Of a DNA stretch of 40,516 bases, positions 1-9,448 are shown in pieces. The stretch's first letter is position 1. Every line of letters starts with the position of its first letter. The DNA is taken from positions 1 through 40,516 of the forward strand of contig JAGCOT010000021.1 in assembly GCA_017645365.1 (NCBI GenBank). Direction: 5' to 3'. The translations under genes and the position numbers were made by a program. The DNA comes from Neisseriaceae bacterium. Its GTDB lineage: Bacteria; Pseudomonadota; Gammaproteobacteria; Burkholderiales; Neisseriaceae. Below the pieces are notes generated by a model. That model searched no databases and was not told the origin of the DNA. It saw only the letters and a program-made list of their open reading frames with translations.

Positions 1-140
1 CATTGACCGCAAATCTTTCCCACTTTTCTTGAAAGAATGTGAGTTTAGATTTAACTATGGGACACCAAAACAGCAACTCAAAACATTGCGAAAATGGTGT
101 GGAATTTAACAATTTTTTGGGCTAATCTAATACAGCCCCT
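1..140 (+). mobile_element. 3' end of an IS1595-family (IS1016-like) insertion sequence, truncated by the window edge
   Basis: Positions 8..140 are a perfect reverse complement of 40384..40516. The terminus is ...TACAGCCCCT at 140. The segment contains the transposase C-terminal coding tail (2..109). Confidence 0.8.
2..109 (+). CDS. IS1595-family DDE transposase, C-terminal fragment (5' part outside the window)
   Basis: The frame translates to IDRKSFPLFLKECEFRFNYGTPKQQLKTLRKWCGI*. The FLKECEFRFN tail is typical of IS1016-group transposases (recalled from memory). Confidence 0.75.
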   Translation: MDRKSFPLFLKECEFRFNYGTPKQQLKTLRKWCGI

Positions 141-162
141 TTATTTTTAAGGAAATGACATT

Positions 163-408
163 ATGAATGTGATGGCAATTATCATCGCTTTGGCGATTGG
201 TGCAGTGGCTGGCTGGTTGGCTGGCTTGATTATGGGTGGCAAAAGCGGCTTGATTCGCAATATTATTTTTGGCATCTTGGGCAGCGTGGTTGGTTCCTTT
301 TTGTTGGGGATGATTGGCGTTGGAGGCGATAGTTTAATCGCACAGATTTTGGTTGCCGTATTTGGTGCTTGTGTATTGATTGCCGTAGGGCGACTTTTAT
401 TTAAATAA
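163..408 (+). CDS. GlsB/YeaQ/YmgE-family small membrane (stress-response) protein
   Basis: 81 aa with three Gly-rich TM helices (GAVAGWLAGLIMGG, GILGSVVGSFLLG, VAVFGACVLIAVG). ATG start preceded by AAGGAA. A hairpin terminator follows. Confidence 0.75.
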   Translation: MNVMAIIIALAIGAVAGWLAGLIMGGKSGLIRNIIFGILGSVVGSFLLGMIGVGGDSLIAQILVAVFGACVLIAVGRLLFK

Positions 409-418
409 CTTTTTTGTA

Positions 419-449
419 GCGTGGGCAACTTGTGCCCACGCATTTTCAT
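419..449 (+). terminator. Rho-independent terminator after the GlsB-like gene
   Basis: Stem GCGTGGGCA/TGCCCACGC with loop ACTTG, followed by ATTTTCATT. Confidence 0.6.
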
Positions 450-813
450 TCATATTTCCCCCATTTGCATAGTCCCCAAGCTGCCACGCCATGCTAAATT
501 GGGCAGTATTCAAGTAGAGTTTGTGTTGAAATGTTCAATATAAAAAAAGCACAAAATATATTTTTCGGTGCGGTCGTTTGTCTATCGCTCTTATATTGGA
601 ACCTGTTCTTTGGTAGTACAAAAACAATAAATGGAAGTTAAATATTAAATCCAATTATTCAAAGACTTCATGTTCATTAGCGAGATTGTCATCTTTCTAA
701 TCATTGAGGAAATGTCCGCAAAACAAGCAGGATTGTATTTTATTACCTCTACTACATCTAAACTTTGAATTTATTGCACATTTTCCAGCTTTGCAAAGGT
801 TTCAGGCTGCCTG

Positions 814-3800
814 TTAATCAAAGCGTTTGCTGTAACGCACTTCGCCACCGCTGTCGTAAGAACCGACTCGTCCAATTAACTGAATGGCTTTGCCTAATTG
901 ATAAATCATTTTGACGGTTTGAGTGGTGGAGGTTAATCCATATTCATAACCTAAATAAATTTTTTCTGACAAATGTTTGCCGACAACTACCATTTGCTCT
1001 GCTGGATTGACTTGTCCTCCTTGTACGCCTTCTTCTTTGCCTGCCAAGCCAATATCGTCTACCAAACCAATTTTATCGTTGATGGTTCCAGCAGCCATTG
1101 CAGCGGCGGCAGCGGCTAATGATGGTCCATCTGCGGAAGTGGCAGCGTGCCCTAAAATCAACCAAGAAAGTTTATCTTTATCCGACATAGGACTGTCTGC
1201 AAACAAACGAACATGAGGGTGTTCCACATTGCCTGACACTTCCAAACCTGCACCCACTGGCGACATATTGCGTTTGGCTTTGATGCTCAATGATGGATTG
1301 GCAAGCGGTCCTGTGAAGGTAACTTGCCCATGCTCAACGGCTAAATCTTGACCAAAGGCTTTGTATCGTCCTGATAATACTTTTACCTTGCCCAATAATT
1401 TAAAATCTTCTTGCGGTTTAGCAGTGAGATTGAGTTGTCCGCCCATTAAGATGTCTAAACCTTTTCCTGAAAAGTGGAAAGCATCATTCAAATCGACATC
1501 AACATTCATCGAAAGCAATAATGGCGTCCCTTTTTCAATCTGTGGTAAATCTTTAATCACCACATCTTCGTCCAATTTAGGCATATTGGATTTAGGAAAA
1601 TCCATTTCGGCTTTATCCAGTTTCAGGTTGCCGTTTAGCCCTAAACCTGATTGATTGGCATAGCGTACATCAGCATCGCCGCTGATGGTTACTCTGCGGT
1701 CTGGACGGCGGAGAATAGGATAGTGTTCGACATGAACCCCTAAATCAACAGATGGCAATTTACCCAACAAAGAAACAATGCCTTTGCTTTCTAAAAAACC
1801 GCCATCACGATGGGTAAATTTAAGGCTGTCTAATTTCCATTCTTGCCCATCAAAACGAGATTGCAGGGTGCCTCCTGTAAGAAATATCCCTGTATCCATT
1901 TCTAAATAGGATAGTTGTTCTCCATTCAGGCTGCCTGAAAGTTGTGGGCTGGCAAGTGTTCCATGTATTTTGACATCAGACAGCAAAGAACCACGCAATC
2001 GCATATTGATTGGAATAAACGATTTAAATTGTGATAAATCATCTGCACGAATATTCAGGCTGCCTGAAAGAGGTGCGTGCATTAAAGAATCACCATAGCG
2101 TTGAGCAATGTCTAATGCCCCTTCTGCATTGGCAAAACGCGTTTTGGCAATAAGATTATTGCGAATATGTCCTGATGATAAAACGGTGTTTAAACGAAAA
2201 TCTTCAATGCCAATGGGGCGTTTTTTGCCTTTTAGAGTAACATCACCCGATTGTCGGACGATATTCAGGGTGCCTTGTGGATTGTGGTTGTATTGGATAT
2301 TCCAATCGGCGTTTAGGATTAAATCTTGTTGTACAGGCAGACTGAAAAGTTTTTCTAATTCGTTTAATTGTATATGATTGGCAACACCTCGCGTATGAAT
2401 CCCATCACCTGCTTTCCATTGCAGGTGATTTAAATGCAAGTTTCCACCTAAAATCTGCCAACGGGCATCGCCCACATTGATTTGCTTTGCCCCTGCCAGC
2501 AAAGATACTGGATTTTCTAAAACGACATTGAGCGTGTCGCTGATATTCAACTGGGAAATGGTGCCTTTCCATTGATAATCATTATTCAAACCGCCATTGG
2601 CAGTGATGTTCAGTTGATATGGTTTTTGACTTAAATTCATAGCAGCCTGTGCATGGGCATGATGAGAAGACAAACTGCCATTGGCATTCAGATTGATTTG
2701 GGCAATTTCTTGTGTGCCAACGCGAAGATTTTTGCCGTCAATCGCGACATCTAATGGGGCTTTTAAATCTGGTGATGTAACGACATGAAAGCGTAAATCT
2801 TGTAAATTAAGTTGTTCTCGAAAACCCAAAGATTGAGCTTGTCCGTCTAAATTCATGCGGATTTTTTTCGGTTCTCCTGCGATAAAACCTTTGGCAGACA
2901 ATGCCCCTGTTAATCCAAAACCTAATTGTGCTAACTGTGGTGCGTTGATGTTGAGATTGAGTTGGTCTTTGGACAAACCAAATGTGCCTTCTGCATGAAT
3001 TTGATTATTGCCTAAATCCAAACGCACAAAAGACGGGGCGATGTGGCTGTCTCGATAATCGATATGGCTTTTTAAGGTAAATGGATGTCCTGAAAGTTGG
3101 CTTTGATTTAAATCGGTTTGTACATCAAAAATCATGGGATTCAGGTTGCCTGAAAGGGTCGTTTTGCCATTCAGGCTGCCTGTGGGAAAATCTTTTCCTA
3201 ATAGGGCAGGGTTGAAATTTTGATGTTCTAAAACCAAATCAATCGGACGCTTGCCTGCGGTATTCAGGCTGCCTGAAAGTTTCATCAATCCGTTTTGCGT
3301 ACTGTCTTTAAAATCTGCTTGATGAATGGTGATGGTTTGTCCATTGTTTTTTGAGTCAGGACGAATGGTGATTTTGCCCTGTGCAAGCAGTTGCAAGCGT
3401 TTTAAATCCCATGAGATGTCAGGTTCTGTGGTTTTGCCATCGACATGAATTTTTCCAAATAAAGGCTCAATGGGTTTTCCACCCATGATATCCGCCAAAG
3501 TAAGATGTTCGATATTGGCATCTATATTGAGTTTTTCCCCAATAGAACCTTCAACATTCAATAAGCCGTTTTGCAACATTTCAGATTGCAATGATTCAAT
3601 ATGAATCAAATTATCAGCATCAACACGCCAAGTTCCAAAAGAGTTGCGTACGGGAATCCCTTTTCCTGCTGGCAATGGTTTTTCATTGGTCATCAACAAA
3701 ACACCGCCTAAATCCTGTTGATTTTGCGGTTCAATGGAAAGATAGAGATACAAATCGGCAGAAGGGGCACTTGTCCAAAAAATTTGCGGTTGGAAATGAT

Positions 3801-4635
3801 GGGTTTTAACAGTAACCTGATGCAGTTTTTCTGGCAATGATGCACCAAATGGCGAGGCGTGAACATCTGCCAACATCAACATAGCACGATTGGATAATTC
3901 ATTGTGAATGTTTAAATCTTTCAGGCTGCCTGAAAAATGAGTATTGCCTGTAACGAGTTCTTGCTCAATGAGACCTGATAAATCAATATGACCATCAACA
4001 GGAAAAGGCGTTTGGGTTTTGACGGTGAGTTGTCCTGCGGCTTCGCCCCAAGATGTTCCGATGTGTGAAACTTTTAATGCGTGTTGTTGGTGGTCGTAAG
4101 CAAATGATAATAAAGCATCAGATAAAATTACATCGTGTTTTTCGCCCCATGTGATGCCACGACTGATGAATTGGTCTATGCTCACTTTAATGGGCAGACG
4201 AATGCTTTTGGGAAAAGATACGGGTTTGGATGGCGTTTCTTTTTCTGATGATGAAGCGGTTTTTTGTAAATGCATCACCCCCAATTCAAGGCGTTGAATA
4301 TGCAAATGGCGTTTGAAAAGTTTTGATGATTGCCAATCAAAGTTCAGATGGTCTAAATCAATGTTCATATCGGGCGTGGCAATCACAACACGATTGGCAT
4401 TAAATCCACGCCAAAATGTTCCTTGAAGTGATTGGGCAGTGATTTGGGTTCCTGCCATTTCAGGCAGCCTGAATAAAGCAAAACGCAAACCTGCGTGCGT
4501 GCCCAAAAGCCAACTGAATGTGCCTGCCAATAAGATAAGCAGTATCAATACGGTAAACAAGGCGTATCGCCACCAACGCCGTCGGGCTGGTTTTTTGGGG
4601 CTATCTTGCGTTGTTTGTTCTGCTTCTGTTGTCAT
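814..4635 (-). CDS. tamB: Translocation and assembly module inner-membrane subunit TamB (DUF490 family)
   Basis: About 1273 aa. N-terminal anchor RRRWWRYALFTVLILLILLAGTF, a long beta-rich body and a DUF490-like C-terminus. Lies directly downstream of tamA. The preferred ATG at 4633-4635 overlaps the tamA stop (TAATG). The ORF track extends it to 4665. Confidence 0.85.
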   Translation of the reverse strand: MTTEAEQTTQDSPKKPARRRWWRYALFTVLILLILLAGTFSWLLGTHAGLRFALFRLPEMAGTQITAQSLQGTFWRGFNANRVVIATPDMNIDLDHLNFDWQSSKLFKRHLHIQRLELGVMHLQKTASSSEKETPSKPVSFPKSIRLPIKVSIDQFISRGITWGEKHDVILSDALLSFAYDHQQHALKVSHIGTSWGEAAGQLTVKTQTPFPVDGHIDLSGLIEQELVTGNTHFSGSLKDLNIHNELSNRAMLMLADVHASPFGASLPEKLHQVTVKTHHFQPQIFWTSAPSADLYLYLSIEPQNQQDLGGVLLMTNEKPLPAGKGIPVRNSFGTWRVDADNLIHIESLQSEMLQNGLLNVEGSIGEKLNIDANIEHLTLADIMGGKPIEPLFGKIHVDGKTTEPDISWDLKRLQLLAQGKITIRPDSKNNGQTITIHQADFKDSTQNGLMKLSGSLNTAGKRPIDLVLEHQNFNPALLGKDFPTGSLNGKTTLSGNLNPMIFDVQTDLNQSQLSGHPFTLKSHIDYRDSHIAPSFVRLDLGNNQIHAEGTFGLSKDQLNLNINAPQLAQLGFGLTGALSAKGFIAGEPKKIRMNLDGQAQSLGFREQLNLQDLRFHVVTSPDLKAPLDVAIDGKNLRVGTQEIAQINLNANGSLSSHHAHAQAAMNLSQKPYQLNITANGGLNNDYQWKGTISQLNISDTLNVVLENPVSLLAGAKQINVGDARWQILGGNLHLNHLQWKAGDGIHTRGVANHIQLNELEKLFSLPVQQDLILNADWNIQYNHNPQGTLNIVRQSGDVTLKGKKRPIGIEDFRLNTVLSSGHIRNNLIAKTRFANAEGALDIAQRYGDSLMHAPLSGSLNIRADDLSQFKSFIPINMRLRGSLLSDVKIHGTLASPQLSGSLNGEQLSYLEMDTGIFLTGGTLQSRFDGQEWKLDSLKFTHRDGGFLESKGIVSLLGKLPSVDLGVHVEHYPILRRPDRRVTISGDADVRYANQSGLGLNGNLKLDKAEMDFPKSNMPKLDEDVVIKDLPQIEKGTPLLLSMNVDVDLNDAFHFSGKGLDILMGGQLNLTAKPQEDFKLLGKVKVLSGRYKAFGQDLAVEHGQVTFTGPLANPSLSIKAKRNMSPVGAGLEVSGNVEHPHVRLFADSPMSDKDKLSWLILGHAATSADGPSLAAAAAAMAAGTINDKIGLVDDIGLAGKEEGVQGGQVNPAEQMVVVGKHLSEKIYLGYEYGLTSTTQTVKMIYQLGKAIQLIGRVGSYDSGGEVRYSKRFD
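1925..1939. repeat. Palindromic DUS 15-mer TTCAGGCTGCCTGAA (representative intragenic copy, tamB)
   Basis: Exact match read from the sequence. Encodes SGSL in TamB. Confidence 0.9.
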
Positions 4636-6608
4636 TAGAATCGTGTTCCTAAATTGATGTACCAAGCGATTTTGCGAGTATCGTGTCCGTAGGCAATATC
4701 AAACGATAAGGGTGCAATCGAACTGAACCAACGCACCCCCAAACCTGTGGCGTGTTTGAATTTTAAATCACGGTATTGGTCTTTGACATCGCCTGCGTCA
4801 TGGAATACTGCCAAAGCAAAATCGTTTTTAATTGGATATTGATATTCCAAAGTGCCCATAGCCATTACTTTGCCTGGAATAACGGTGTTTTTATGTTGTT
4901 TGACACCGATGGCTTCATTGGCATAACCACGAACGGTATCAGGTCCGCCCAAACGGAAGAGTAGGGGAGATGGAACATCTTTATGTCGAGTATGAACATA
5001 ACCTGTTGCCCCACGCACCATCCATGTGCCGTATTTTCGCTGTTGGGGGGTGTAAAAATAAGCCACATCGGTCGTGATTCGCTGTGCTGATGCAGAAGAC
5101 AATAAAGTTCCCAAAGTTGTTCCTACTTTCAGATTGACATAATAGCCATTCATGGGGCGAGTTTTGGTATCAATATGATTGCGTTTCCAAGATGCGGTAA
5201 GCAAGGTGGTATAACTGTTGCTGATGGAATCTGTGGGATCATCAGACTCAACATTTTCATAATAAAATTCCGTACCCAAGCGTGCATCAATATTATTGCG
5301 AATACGCGCTCGCCATAAACCTGATGAAAAGGTGGTGGAATCAATCCCTTGCAGTTTTTTATGCTCCAAGCCTAACGATGAAGTGAGAAAATAGCCTTTG
5401 GCATCACGCGGTTGACTCAAACCCCAAGCCAATTTCTGTTTGTATTGATTGACATCTAAAATGGTCGAAGCGGTATAACCTTTGTGGAATAAGTTGTAAT
5501 AATCATAACCAAAGCGAAAACCTACGCCGTCTTCGGTACTGAAACTTAACCCTAAATCCAATTTTTTCAGTGGAACTTCTTCGACTACTACTTTTAAAGG
5601 GACAATATTATCTTGCATATGGTCAAAATCAGGTTGTACCATCACAGAACCATAATGCCCGTCTTGCTCTAAACTTTGTTGATATTCGGAAATTTTATCA
5701 ATATCGTAAAAATCACCTTCTTTTAAGATGGATAAATTGCGAATCACGCTTTCAGGATAGCGTTGCGTGCCTTCTACGGTCATGGCACCATAAACGACGG
5801 CAGGCTGACTGTCGATGATTAAAGTGAGGTCGGCAGTGCCTGCATTGCCATCAATTAAGGCTTTGCTTTGTGTGATTTTAGCTTTGGGATATTTTCTTTT
5901 CGCGATGAGTGCCAAAGTTTTGGCTTTGGCGGTACTCCAAGCGGATTGCGTAAAGCGAGAATCAAAGGGCATATTCCAGTCGAGCAACGCTTCGGCATAA
6001 AAATCAGAGATTTGTTCATCTTGTTCAATATCACCGCGTAATTCGATATTGACGGAAGAAACTTTAACTTCGTTACCCAAGCGGACATCGACTTGATAAT
6101 TTTTCCCTTTGGGCGTAATGGCAACCGTATTTTTGAAAAAGCCTTGTGTATTTAAAATTTGCTCAACTTCGGTATGGGTTTCTTGTAATAGATATTCCAT
6201 CTGGTCTTCGTCCAAATCAGGCAGACGGCGTTTATTGACCAAAGTTAAATGTTCTTGCAGTAAAGATTGTAAAGAGTTTGCCAAAGTTAAATCTGTGGTG
6301 GCATAACGGTGCGTATCGACTCGAATGTTGACTTGATATTGTTCTGGAAATTCTCTGCGTGGTGTTTGCCCATTGGATGCAGGTCTTGCATTTTCTGTTG
6401 CTTGGGCAGCCTGAATATTGGGTGATGAATTTTTTGTATTTTCTGTTGCTTGGGCAACCTGAATATTGGGTGATGAATTTTCAGGATTTTCTGCGGAAGT
6501 GGCAGGATGAACATCTGTTGCGGTCGTTTGTTGAGGCGATTTCATTCCTGCACAGGCAGACAATGTCGTCAATAAGACCATCAAAAGAGAAAAGCGAGAT
6601 TGCAACAT
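4635..6608 (-). CDS. tamA: Omp85/BamA-family outer-membrane protein TamA, with an N-terminal lipobox and repeat-containing linker
   Basis: 657 aa. C-terminal barrel ends ...WYINLGTRF, and a POTRA-like region precedes it. Paired with tamB. N-terminus MLQSRFSLLMVLLTTLSAC has an L-S-A-C lipobox. Confidence 0.8.
   Translation of the reverse strand: MLQSRFSLLMVLLTTLSACAGMKSPQQTTATDVHPATSAENPENSSPNIQVAQATENTKNSSPNIQAAQATENARPASNGQTPRREFPEQYQVNIRVDTHRYATTDLTLANSLQSLLQEHLTLVNKRRLPDLDEDQMEYLLQETHTEVEQILNTQGFFKNTVAITPKGKNYQVDVRLGNEVKVSSVNIELRGDIEQDEQISDFYAEALLDWNMPFDSRFTQSAWSTAKAKTLALIAKRKYPKAKITQSKALIDGNAGTADLTLIIDSQPAVVYGAMTVEGTQRYPESVIRNLSILKEGDFYDIDKISEYQQSLEQDGHYGSVMVQPDFDHMQDNIVPLKVVVEEVPLKKLDLGLSFSTEDGVGFRFGYDYYNLFHKGYTASTILDVNQYKQKLAWGLSQPRDAKGYFLTSSLGLEHKKLQGIDSTTFSSGLWRARIRNNIDARLGTEFYYENVESDDPTDSISNSYTTLLTASWKRNHIDTKTRPMNGYYVNLKVGTTLGTLLSSASAQRITTDVAYFYTPQQRKYGTWMVRGATGYVHTRHKDVPSPLLFRLGGPDTVRGYANEAIGVKQHKNTVIPGKVMAMGTLEYQYPIKNDFALAVFHDAGDVKDQYRDLKFKHATGLGVRWFSSIAPLSFDIAYGHDTRKIAWYINLGTRF
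6391..6486. repeat. Two-copy 48-bp tandem repeat inside the tamA 5' region
   Basis: The unit ttttctgttgcttgggca(g/a)cctgaatattgggtgatgaatttt occurs twice, starting at 6391 and 6439. It encodes ENPENSSPNIQVAQAT / ENTKNSSPNIQAAQAT. Each unit contains a DUS-like GGCA(G/A)CCTGAA. Confidence 0.85.
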
Positions 6609-6727
6609 CGTTCTTCCAAGTCAAAAAGAAAGGTGAATTTTATCATAATCTACATCTATAATTTTGCCAGTTGTCGTGTATCTGTGGGATAATCGAGATG
6701 TTTTGTCGTTTTTTGGAGCAATGACTT

Positions 6728-7393
6728 ATGGATTTTGAAAAAGCCCGTTTTAACATGGTGGAACAACAAATTCGTCCTTGGGATGTTTTGGATTTCAAAT
6801 TATTAGATGTCTTGCAGTCTATTCCGCGTGAACTTTTTGTATCAGAAGAACAAAAACCTTATGCTTACGCTGATATGGCTTTGCGTATGCCTAATCAATC
6901 ATATATGTTAGAACCCAAAATTGTTGCTCGTTTGATTCAATCGCTGAATATTCAAGAAAACGATAAAGTTTTGGAAGTGGGCACAGGGGCAGGTTATGCC
7001 ACAGCCATTATGGCAAAATTGGCAAAAAATGTGGTTACTTACGACATTGACGCCCAACAATCTACGCGTGCAGCTGCAACTTTAAAAAGTTTGTCGATTG
7101 AAAATATCGACTATCAAGTGGCAGACGCTTTTCAGGCTGCCTTAAAAGATGAACAAACTTATCAAGCCATTTATATTGGTGCTGCGGTGCATATTATTCC
7201 GCAAGAATTATGCTCTAAACTTTCAATTGGTGGTCGATTGGTGGCGATTTCAGGCGAAGATGCCGTACAGCGTGCCCAGTTGATTACTCGTCAAAGCGAA
7301 ACAGAATTTTCACGCGAAACCTTGTTTGAAACCCAAGTGCCCATGTTGATTCAAGGGGCAAAATCTTTGGGGCGTCAGGCATTTTTCTTTTAA
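6728..7393 (+). CDS. pcm: Protein-L-isoaspartate O-methyltransferase family protein
   Basis: 221 aa with the SAM-binding motif VLEVGTGAGYATAIMAKLA. The overall layout is typical of Pcm-like methyltransferases. Confidence 0.75.
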   Translation: MDFEKARFNMVEQQIRPWDVLDFKLLDVLQSIPRELFVSEEQKPYAYADMALRMPNQSYMLEPKIVARLIQSLNIQENDKVLEVGTGAGYATAIMAKLAKNVVTYDIDAQQSTRAAATLKSLSIENIDYQVADAFQAALKDEQTYQAIYIGAAVHIIPQELCSKLSIGGRLVAISGEDAVQRAQLITRQSETEFSRETLFETQVPMLIQGAKSLGRQAFFF

Positions 7394-7407
7394 ATAGAGT
7401 TTCTTGA

Positions 7408-7433
7408 AACCCCTTGTTGAACAAGGGGTTTTT
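7408..7433 (+). terminator. Rho-independent terminator after pcm
   Basis: AACCCCTTGTTGAACAAGGGGTTTTT: a perfect 8-bp stem plus a T tract. Confidence 0.75.
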
Positions 7434-7661
7434 GTTGTCATCAATCAGATTAAATGCTGATTTTGCATTTGCTGCATCATGCTGCCCATAATGGAAGCAT
7501 CAGCGGCGACATCGGCAACGAGTATGTCTATGTTTGAATTGATTTGAGCGTATTGAAGTATTTTGGGAAGATAATAAATTGGTGAAGTATTGTTTTACAA
7601 TCAATATTGAACTTTTCAGACTACTTACATATGTAGAGATGACTACGCCCAACTTTGAAAA

Positions 7662-8408
7662 TTAGGCAGCCTGAAAAGAAGATTGCCATTGAATAAAACC
7701 ATGTACCCCCAAAGATTGAAACCACGAAATTTTTGTAGGATCGGGATTGGCAACATAAACCACGCAAGATAAGCCGTTTTGTGCAATAGTCATTAAATCC
7801 TCTTCGCTTCCAGTCCAAATAATCGCTTGGGCGTCGGCAACTTCTAAAAAATGTTCCTTTTTAGCAACTACTGCCCAAAAATGTTGGCGATGCAAGCTGA
7901 AAGATTGTCCTGAATAATCAATCAGTTGTGCTGCTTTTGGATTTTGATGTAAGCGTTCATCGGATAAAGCAAAATCTTCAATTCCATTCAGGCAGCCTGA
8001 AAGATATTCGGGTAAAGCCAATGCTTGCAAAATGGGAAGATTATTGTTTAAAACAGGTGATACGGTAATATTTTGTGGATTTTCCCAAACAAAATTCTGA
8101 TTTTCTTTTGGAATACATTTTCCAGACCATTCATGGGCACGAATACGAAAAAATTTAAGAAGAATTTCTGCATCTTCGCGTACAGTAAAAAGTGTCAGCC
8201 AAGTGGTTGCGTGGTGAATGGATAAATTGATTTCTTCATACAATTCGCGTTGCAAAGCTTCTAAATCGCTTTCGCCTGTTTCAATTTTTCCGCCTGGAAA
8301 CTCCCAAAAGCCAGCAAAAATTTTGTCTTGGGGACGAGAAGTCAATAAAACGCTTCCATCTTGATTGAATACAACAGCAGCAACAACGCGAATCAAAGGT
8401 TTTTTCAT
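7662..8408 (-). CDS. Nudix (MutT-like) hydrolase with a C-terminal extension (possibly a TenI/ThiE-like domain)
   Basis: Nudix box GFWEFPGGKIETGESDLEALQRELYEEINL in the N-terminal half. About 115 extra C-terminal residues, as in neisserial MutT-ThiE-like fusions (from memory). The start overlaps the acpS stop (ATGA). Confidence 0.7.
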   Translation of the reverse strand: MKKPLIRVVAAVVFNQDGSVLLTSRPQDKIFAGFWEFPGGKIETGESDLEALQRELYEEINLSIHHATTWLTLFTVREDAEILLKFFRIRAHEWSGKCIPKENQNFVWENPQNITVSPVLNNNLPILQALALPEYLSGCLNGIEDFALSDERLHQNPKAAQLIDYSGQSFSLHRQHFWAVVAKKEHFLEVADAQAIIWTGSEEDLMTIAQNGLSCVVYVANPDPTKISWFQSLGVHGFIQWQSSFQAA

Positions 8409-8785
8409 GATGTCATCTCCGCAACCACCATGGCAACTACGAGATTTTTTTCATCGCTAATGCTCAAATGCAGGTGTTCGATATGGCGTTTTTGCAACCA
8501 TGTTTGTAAGACGGCATTCACTGCAAAGTAAGGTGCTCCCCATTGATCATGCAAAATACTGATGTTATGCAAAGAAACTGGGGCGATTAAACCTGTTCTG
8601 ACCGCTTTGGCAAAGGCTTCTTTTGCCGCAAAGCGTTTGGCTAAAAAGCGTGCTGATGGCGTATTTTGAAACAACTCCCATTCATCAGCCGTTAAAATAC
8701 GCCGTGCAAAGACTGCACCATAACGCTGGTAAATATGTTCAATCCGCTGAATGTCTAAAATATCTGTACCGATGCCGTAAATCAT
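8405..8785 (-). CDS. acpS: Holo-[acyl-carrier-protein] synthase
   Basis: 126 aa. N-terminus MIYGIGTDILDIQRI and motif FAAKEAFAKA are typical of AcpS. Confidence 0.85.
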   Translation of the reverse strand: MIYGIGTDILDIQRIEHIYQRYGAVFARRILTADEWELFQNTPSARFLAKRFAAKEAFAKAVRTGLIAPVSLHNISILHDQWGAPYFAVNAVLQTWLQKRHIEHLHLSISDEKNLVVAMVVAEMTS

Positions 8786-8827
8786 GCTGATGTTTTATTT
8801 TGAACAGAGAAAGGCGATTTTATCTCA

Positions 8828-8842
8828 TTCAGGCAGCCTGAA
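8828..8842. repeat. Palindromic DUS 15-mer TTCAGGCAGCCTGAA (intergenic, acpS/uspA)
   Basis: Exact match read from the sequence. Confidence 0.9.
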
Positions 8843-8846
8843 ACAT

Positions 8847-9272
8847 TTAAGATTCTTGCGGACGACCACGACGCAATAACATGACAGGGACTTCTGCTTG
8901 TCGCAAAACACCTTCCGCAATAGATCCCATTAAAAGGTGCATCATGCCAGAAAATCCATGTGTTCCCATAATGACTAAATCTGCTTGATTTTCTTTAACG
9001 CTGCGAAGAATAATATTGGCAACCTTTTCACCTGTATTTTGTTGAATTTCTGTGGTGTAAGGTATACCGTAGGATTCAACGGTGTTTTTGGCAATGCTTA
9101 ATGGACTGTCTTGTTCATGATTTTCTTTGTCCAAAGGATGGGCAATCATGTTGGAAACATGCAAAATATGCAAGTTGCTGTTGAGTCGTTGACATAATTC
9201 GCAAGCCTCTTTTAAGGCTGCCATGCTGGCACGGCTGGTATCTACGGGGACGAGAATTTTTTGATACATCAT
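8847..9272 (-). CDS. Universal stress protein (UspA family)
   Basis: 141 aa. Motifs ILVPVD, DLVIMGTHG and VPVMLL are characteristic of the Usp fold. Confidence 0.8.
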   Translation of the reverse strand: MMYQKILVPVDTSRASMAALKEACELCQRLNSNLHILHVSNMIAHPLDKENHEQDSPLSIAKNTVESYGIPYTTEIQQNTGEKVANIILRSVKENQADLVIMGTHGFSGMMHLLMGSIAEGVLRQAEVPVMLLRRGRPQES

Positions 9273-9448
9273 GCAACTCCTTCAATTAAAGTGGTTTTTA
9301 GATGAAGATTTTTTATGTTCAAACGGTATCATAAAATATTGCAATACCTTATTTTTTATGCAATTTGTTTGCGTTATCACAAGTTTTTTGGTGTGCGGTG
9401 CAACGAAAAATGAAGTATTGACTATAATCTCGTATCTTTAAAGAAAAC

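Noticed and set aside
147-449. 100-aa minus-strand ORF overlapping the GlsB-like gene.
   Set aside because: It is completely antisense to a well-supported small membrane protein gene. Its Pro/Lys/Ile-rich translation is typical of an antisense reading of a Gly-rich gene.
7441-7560. A short minus-strand frame ending ...DILVADVAADASIMGSMMQQMQNQHLI* in the pcm-Nudix spacer could be a gene remnant.
   Set aside because: The frame has no start codon or RBS context and no recognisable family, and it is only about 30 codons long. It cannot be supported as a gene or pseudogene from sequence alone.
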